From contig CAVSGI010000015.1 in assembly GCA_963727445.1 (NCBI GenBank), positions 64,001 to 128,000 on the forward strand: 64,000 bases of DNA, written 5' to 3'. Source of the DNA: an uncultured delta proteobacterium. Lineage in GTDB: Bacteria; Myxococcota_A; Polyangia; Polyangiales; B10-G4. Position numbers and translations under genes: made by a program. Shown in pieces: positions 59,068 through 64,000 of the stretch (within the stretch, counting starts at the first letter, position 1; the number at the start of each line of letters is the position of its first letter). A model generated the notes under the pieces. The model did not search any database. It was not told the DNA's origin and saw nothing but the letters and a program-made list of their open reading frames with translations.

Positions 59068-60204
59068 ATGTCTCTCCTTCGCTTCATCGGCGCCGCCGCG
59101 GCGGCCGCTGTCCTGGCTTCGTGCGCCCTGGCGCCCGATTACGATCACGATCCCGCGGCCGTGTCGGCGGCCTACGAACGCGCCTACGAGGAGCAGATGG
59201 ACGAGGGCAAATCCGACGGCCCCGGCTGCTCGGGCGTGCGCGTGCCCGACCGCGGTCCCTTCGATCATCGCATTGCGTTGACCTTCGACGACGGACCCAA
59301 CGCCGCCACGACGCCGAGGGTCCTCGCCCTGCTTCGCGAGCATTCGATCCCGGCGACCTTCTTCATGAACGGCGTCCGCGTGACGAACGACGAGACGCGC
59401 GCGCTCGTCCGCGAGATCGTCGAGGACCCGCTCTTCGAGCTCGGCAACCACAGCTGGGATCACCCCGACCTGGCCACGCTTCCGCCGGAGAGGGTCGCGT
59501 CGGAGATGGACCGCAACACCGCCGTCATCGAGGAAGCCGGCGGGACCCCGCGCTACTTCCGCTTCCCCTTCGGCAGCTCCACCTGCGAGACGGCCGCCGC
59601 GGCGCGAGAGCGGGGCTACGACATCACCGGATGGCACGTGGACAGCGCCGACTGGTGCTACGCCGCTGGCCACGGGGTGTGTAAGAAGCGGACCTTCCGC
59701 TACGTGCCCGACGAGTATCGCAGCGACCTCCAGGGGTACGTCATGTCGCAGGTGCACCACACGGGCGGCGGCATCGTCCTGTTCCACGACATCCACGCGT
59801 CGACCGTGGACGCCCTTCCCTCGATCATCGGGGCGCTCACCGACGCCGGCTACACCTTCACCAGCCTGGACGACATCGAGACCTTCCCGCGCTTGAACGG
59901 GATCGAGCCGCCCTTCGTGGGCGATGCCTGCAGCTCCGACGACGACTGCCGCTTCTCGGGAGGCTTCTGCCACGCCGCGGGTTTCTGCACGGAAGCGTGC
60001 GCCGGCTACTGCCCCGACGCCGGGGACGTGAGCACCTTCTGCATCCGCGACGGCGAGACCGACGGCGGCATCTGCGTGCCCAAGGCCTCGAGCGACGCCG
60101 CGTGCACGAACGTCCCGAACACCAGCGCCAAGACGACGGATCGATTCGTCGGTTCGAGCGGCGCCGCCGCGAAGACCGCTCAGGTCTGCGCGCCTCAGGG
60201 CTGA
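59068..60204 (+). CDS. Polysaccharide deacetylase (CE4/NodB) lipoprotein with Cys-rich C-terminal domain
   Basis: TFDDGP, HSWDH, RFPFG, DSADW and LFHD motifs. Lipobox LASC. Confidence 0.93.
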   Translation: MSLLRFIGAAAAAAVLASCALAPDYDHDPAAVSAAYERAYEEQMDEGKSDGPGCSGVRVPDRGPFDHRIALTFDDGPNAATTPRVLALLREHSIPATFFMNGVRVTNDETRALVREIVEDPLFELGNHSWDHPDLATLPPERVASEMDRNTAVIEEAGGTPRYFRFPFGSSTCETAAAARERGYDITGWHVDSADWCYAAGHGVCKKRTFRYVPDEYRSDLQGYVMSQVHHTGGGIVLFHDIHASTVDALPSIIGALTDAGYTFTSLDDIETFPRLNGIEPPFVGDACSSDDDCRFSGGFCHAAGFCTEACAGYCPDAGDVSTFCIRDGETDGGICVPKASSDAACTNVPNTSAKTTDRFVGSSGAAAKTAQVCAPQG

Positions 60205-62114
60205 GACCCGTACCACGCGGCGACCTCGTCGAGGGTCGCGCAGCGCGTGGCGGGAGGCAGGCTCGACAGGAACGTCTTGCCGTAGCTCTTCTGGACGATG
60301 CGCCGGTCGAGCACGGCGACGATGCCGCGGTCGGCGGCGCTGCGTACCAGGCGCCCGAAGCCCTGCTTGAGGGTGAGCGCGGCGGAGGGGACGAGGTATT
60401 TCGAGAAGGGGCGGCTGGCCGTCCTCGGTGATGCGCTCGCAGCGCGCGGCGACCAGCGGATCGGTGGGGACGTCGAAGGGGAGCTTGTCGATCACGACGA
60501 GTCGGAGCGCCTCGCCGGGGACGTCGACGCCCTGCCAGAAGCTGCCGGTGGCGAAGAGCACCGCGTGACCGTCCTCTCTGAAGCGCTCGAGGAGCGCCGG
60601 CTTGGGCGCGTCGCCCTGAACGAGCACGGGCTGCTCGAGGAGCGTGCGGCTTCGATGCGCGAGCTCGTCCATGATGCGGAAGCGAGGTGCAGAGGACGAA
60701 GGCGCCGCCACCGGTGAGATCGACGAGGGCGAGGATCTCGTCGGTCGCCGCGGCGGCGAAGTCCTGGTCGCGCGGATCGGGCAGATGCGTCGGCAGGTAG
60801 AGCGCCGATTGACGCGGCGTAGTCGAAGGGGGAGTCGAGGACCTCTTCGCGCGCGTCGAAGTCGATCCCGAGGCGCTCCTTGACGAACGCGAAGCTGCCG
60901 CCGGCGGAGAGCGTGGCGCTGGTGAGCACCACCGCGCCCGTTTTGTAGAAGAGCTCCTCGCGCAGGATGCGGCTCACGTCGACGGGGCTCGCGCCGACCG
61001 AGGTGCGGCGGCCGCGGCTCTCGGTCCAGGTGACGTTCTGACGGCCGCCCTCGACCACGACGCCGACGTCGTCACGGATGGCGCCCGCGCGCCGCGCCAT
61101 CTGCGCCACCGACTCGGCCTCGGAGGCGTGCCGCGAGGCGAAGAGCTCGGTCGCCTCGAGCGCAGCGTCGAGCCGCAGCATGGCGTCCTCGAGATCGCCC
61201 GTCCACGCCTCGCGGGGCAGGCTGGCGCGACCCGATGCGTGGCCCGGACGCGGCAGGCGCTCGAAGAAGAGCGCCGCCGCCTGGCCGAGCTCGCGGATGA
61301 CGCCGCGGTGATCGTCGGAGAGTCGCGCGGCCGCGAAGGCGCGCTCCGCATCGCGAAGGAGCACCTCGAGGCGCGTGCTCGACACGGTCACGCCGAAGAA
61401 CTGGGTGACGACGTCCTCGATGCGATGCGCCTCGTCGAAGATCACGGCGTCGTAATCGGGGATGATTCCGCCGCCGTGCGGGCCTCGGGTCGCGAGGTCC
61501 GCGAAGAAGAGGTGGTGGTTGACGACGATCAGCTGCGCTTCTTCGGCGCGGCGGCGCATGGCGGTCACGAAGCACTCGTCGTAGTGACGACAGCGCGCCC
61601 CGATGCGCGTCTCGGAGCTGCTGGTGACGTGCGACCAGATCGGGGCGTCCTCGCCGAGGGCGTCCTGTTCGGCGCGGTCGCCGGTCTCGGTGGATTCGCG
61701 CCACTTGGAGATGATGGGGAGGTGGCGGGCCACGGGGCCTTCGGCGCCGTGGACACTGGCCAGGGTCTCTTCGAGGCGGCGGAGGCACAGGTAGTTGGCG
61801 AGGCCCTTCATGGAGGAGGCGCGGGCGTCGAGGCCCAGGCGCGTCTCGAGGAAGGGAATGTCGCTCTCCATGATCTGATCCTGCAGGGTCTTGGTGCCGG
61901 TGGAGACGACGACCTTTCGTCCGGAGAGGATCGCGGGCAGCAGATAGGCCAGGGTCTTGCCGGTGCCGGTGCCCGCCTCGACCAGGAGCACCCCGTCGCG
62001 CTCGAGGGTCTTCTGCACCGCTTCCGCCATGACCAGCTGGCTCGGCCGATGCTCGAAGCGCTCGAGCGTTCGCGAGACCGGCCCGCCCGGGATGAGGTAG
62101 TCGACCGCTCGCAT
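60195..62114 (-). CDS. DinG/YoaA family ATP-dependent DNA helicase (frameshifted in the 3' third)
   Basis: EAGTGTGKT, Fe-S-type Cys residues, VVNHHL, DEAH, TSATL, SPFDY and FWQGVDVPG..IDKLPF across frames. Confidence 0.93.
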
Positions 62115-62175
62115 CGAGGAGCTTTCTTACGTTTGCCCAGGGCTCGTGTCGAGTCACCTGATGTATGGTTCGCGC

Positions 62176-63849
62176 GTGTTGGCTCGTCGGGCTTGGGCAG
62201 CGCTGGTGTTGCTGCAATTCTTCGCGCTCTCTCAGGGCTGTGAGAGCTGCGACCACGAGGACGCGCCGCCGCCGAACATCGAGGTCCTGGCGCATCCACC
62301 GGCGCCGCCGCCGGCGACTTTGACCTTCGAAGCCTCCCTCGCCGGCGGCGCCGAGACGCTGAGCGCAGCGCGCCGATTTCTCGGCAGGCAACCGGCGCGG
62401 CTGCTGATGCCAGGCTCCCCGGGAGAGCTCGTCGAGCGGATGGTGGGCGAGGACATCGGGCTCGCCGAGCGCGTCGCCGAGGACGCGCCGCTCTTCGCGG
62501 TGGGGGTGGACAGCGGGTGGGCGCTCGCGGTGCCGATCCGTGTCGACGACGATCCGGCGCATCCGCTCGGCGCGGGAATGCCGCTGGTGCCGGGCGCACC
62601 CGAGGGCGCGCTGTGGTTGGGCGCTGCGCCCGCCGGCGACCACGACGAGGCCGCCGCCCTCGCCGGCGGAGTGCTCGTCCTCAGCGAGGACGCGTCGGCC
62701 CTGCGTGAGACGCTCCCCTACGCCGCTTTCACCCTCGCCGCCGCGGAGCCAGACGCGAGCGCGGGCGCGCTGAAGGTGAAGCTCGCCGCTCAGGTGCCGT
62801 CCGAGCTGCGCCAGATGCTCGAGGCGCTCATCGAGCGCACGGTCGTCGACGCGCGGGCGAGCATCCACGACGAACGCGAGCAGCACGAGAGCCCGCCGGA
62901 CTTCGGCGAGCCCGAGGCGCTCCTCAATCACCTCGCTCGCCTCGCGCGGGCGTGGCTCGCCTATCTTCCCGATCTCGGCCAGAGCGAGATGACGCTCGCC
63001 TTCGACGGAGGGCTCGCCGAGCTGACGCTCCGCGCGGACGTGCGCGACGGCTCGCCTCTCGCAGCACGTCTCGCCGAGACGCCGGCGCGGAGTCTCGAAG
63101 AGCTCGGCGCGCTCCCGCGCGACACCGCCTTCGCGATCTCCATGCGCTCGGCGCCCGGCGCCGAGTCGCGCTTCTCGTTCCTCGAAGCCTTCACCGACGT
63201 CGCGGGCGAGCGTCTCAGCGCGCGCGAGCGAGCGTCTCTCGATGCGCTCGCCGCCGCGTGGGACGCGGCGGCGGGCCCCGAGACGCTCGTCGCCGCCGGC
63301 GGCGGCGCCGAAGACGCGTGGGTCGCCGCGTCGCTCGCCGCACCCCGCGGCGAGCTCGCCGAGAGCGCGCTCGCCGCCGTCACGAGCGCGCGCTTCACCG
63401 CGTCCCTCCTCGGTCTGCTCTTCGATTGCGCGCGACCGCCGCGCCCGCGCTTCGGCGCCCCACTCTGCGCGGGCGCGCCGGCGCTGGCCTTCGAGCGCAG
63501 CGAAGCGCGCACCGTCTTCGGCATCGGCCGTGACGCCGCATCCATTCCCGCCATCGCGAACCCCGATGGCGCGCGCCTCGCGGCCGAGCCGGACGTCGCG
63601 CGCGCCGTGGCTCCTCTGGGCGACGCGCCCGTCTTCGCGGCGATCGTCTTTCCTTCGCGGCTCATGCCGCTCGCCGGGCTGTCGGGCTCCGAGCCTCTGC
63701 AGCAGCTCAGCCGCGTCTCCGCACTCGCCGCCCGCCCCGCCCCCATCGCCCTCGCAATCGCCGCGGAAGACGATCAGCTCGTCCTGCGCGTCATCGCGAG
63801 CGATCGCGCCGTCGAGGACGCCATGGCCTTCGCCGGCAGCTTGGATTGA
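62176..63849 (+). CDS. Hypothetical lipoprotein-like protein (start uncertain, 62146-62179)
   Basis: Long ORF with a hydrophobic N-terminus ending SQGC. Confidence 0.7.
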   Translation: MLARRAWAALVLLQFFALSQGCESCDHEDAPPPNIEVLAHPPAPPPATLTFEASLAGGAETLSAARRFLGRQPARLLMPGSPGELVERMVGEDIGLAERVAEDAPLFAVGVDSGWALAVPIRVDDDPAHPLGAGMPLVPGAPEGALWLGAAPAGDHDEAAALAGGVLVLSEDASALRETLPYAAFTLAAAEPDASAGALKVKLAAQVPSELRQMLEALIERTVVDARASIHDEREQHESPPDFGEPEALLNHLARLARAWLAYLPDLGQSEMTLAFDGGLAELTLRADVRDGSPLAARLAETPARSLEELGALPRDTAFAISMRSAPGAESRFSFLEAFTDVAGERLSARERASLDALAAAWDAAAGPETLVAAGGGAEDAWVAASLAAPRGELAESALAAVTSARFTASLLGLLFDCARPPRPRFGAPLCAGAPALAFERSEARTVFGIGRDAASIPAIANPDGARLAAEPDVARAVAPLGDAPVFAAIVFPSRLMPLAGLSGSEPLQQLSRVSALAARPAPIALAIAAEDDQLVLRVIASDRAVEDAMAFAGSLD

Positions 63850-63880
63850 CGGGACCGCGCTCGGTACCTAGGTTGGCTGA

Positions 63881-64000
63881 GTGATCCCGATACGCGACCA
63901 CAATCCCACGCGGTCGCGACCCGTGGTCGTCTACGCGATCATCGCCCTCAACGCGTTCGTGTGGCTCTACGAAGTCTCGCTCCAGTGGGGGCCCGGCGGT
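63881..64000 (+). CDS. Rhomboid family intramembrane serine protease (5' fragment)
   Basis: MIPIRDHNPTRSRPVVVYAIIALNAFVWLYE is a typical rhomboid N-terminus. Catalytic motifs lie outside the window. Confidence 0.7.
   Translation, partial: MIPIRDHNPTRSRPVVVYAIIALNAFVWLYEVSLQWGPGG

Overview
This is very GC-rich bacterial chromosomal DNA, gene-dense and largely core. The gene content points to a myxobacterium (Myxococcota, probably Polyangiales/Sandaracinaceae-like; inferred from MYXO-CTERM-like tails, DUF4215 cysteine-rich repeats, several Ser/Thr kinases, an FHA sigma-54 activator and many Cys-rich lipoproteins). I call about 52 coding regions. Housekeeping genes are ruvA, ruvB, dapF, rpe and a DinG-family helicase. 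Signalling genes are three Ser/Thr kinases (one a kinase-cyclase-STAND-TPR fusion), two tandem histidine kinases, a degenerate GGDEF protein, a DUF4388 protein, a cNMP-binding protein and two sigma-54-type AAA+ proteins. There is also a MoxR-DUF58-transglutaminase operon, a multiheme cytochrome c lipoprotein and many secreted or lipoprotein genes. I found no rRNA, tRNA, CRISPR array, transposase or phage gene. Several genes are frameshifted (densely at about 22.8-25.3 kb), most likely from sequencing indels. The most notable observations are: (1) a surface-protein cluster at 1.5-8.1 kb with an intact matrixin-like protease, a catalytically dead paralog, a WxC-repeat lipoprotein and a CPBP protease; (2) a sigma-54-type promoter driving a 14-aa-repeat microprotein, followed by two tandem 178-bp multi-hairpin elements, with a sequence-divergent element of the same architecture at 46.1-46.4 kb; (3) a sigma-54-type AAA+ protein lacking GAFTGA and HTH; (4) a DnaA-box-like cluster; (5) pervasive leaderless-type promoters. 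All family assignments come from motif recognition by eye; no database searches were run.
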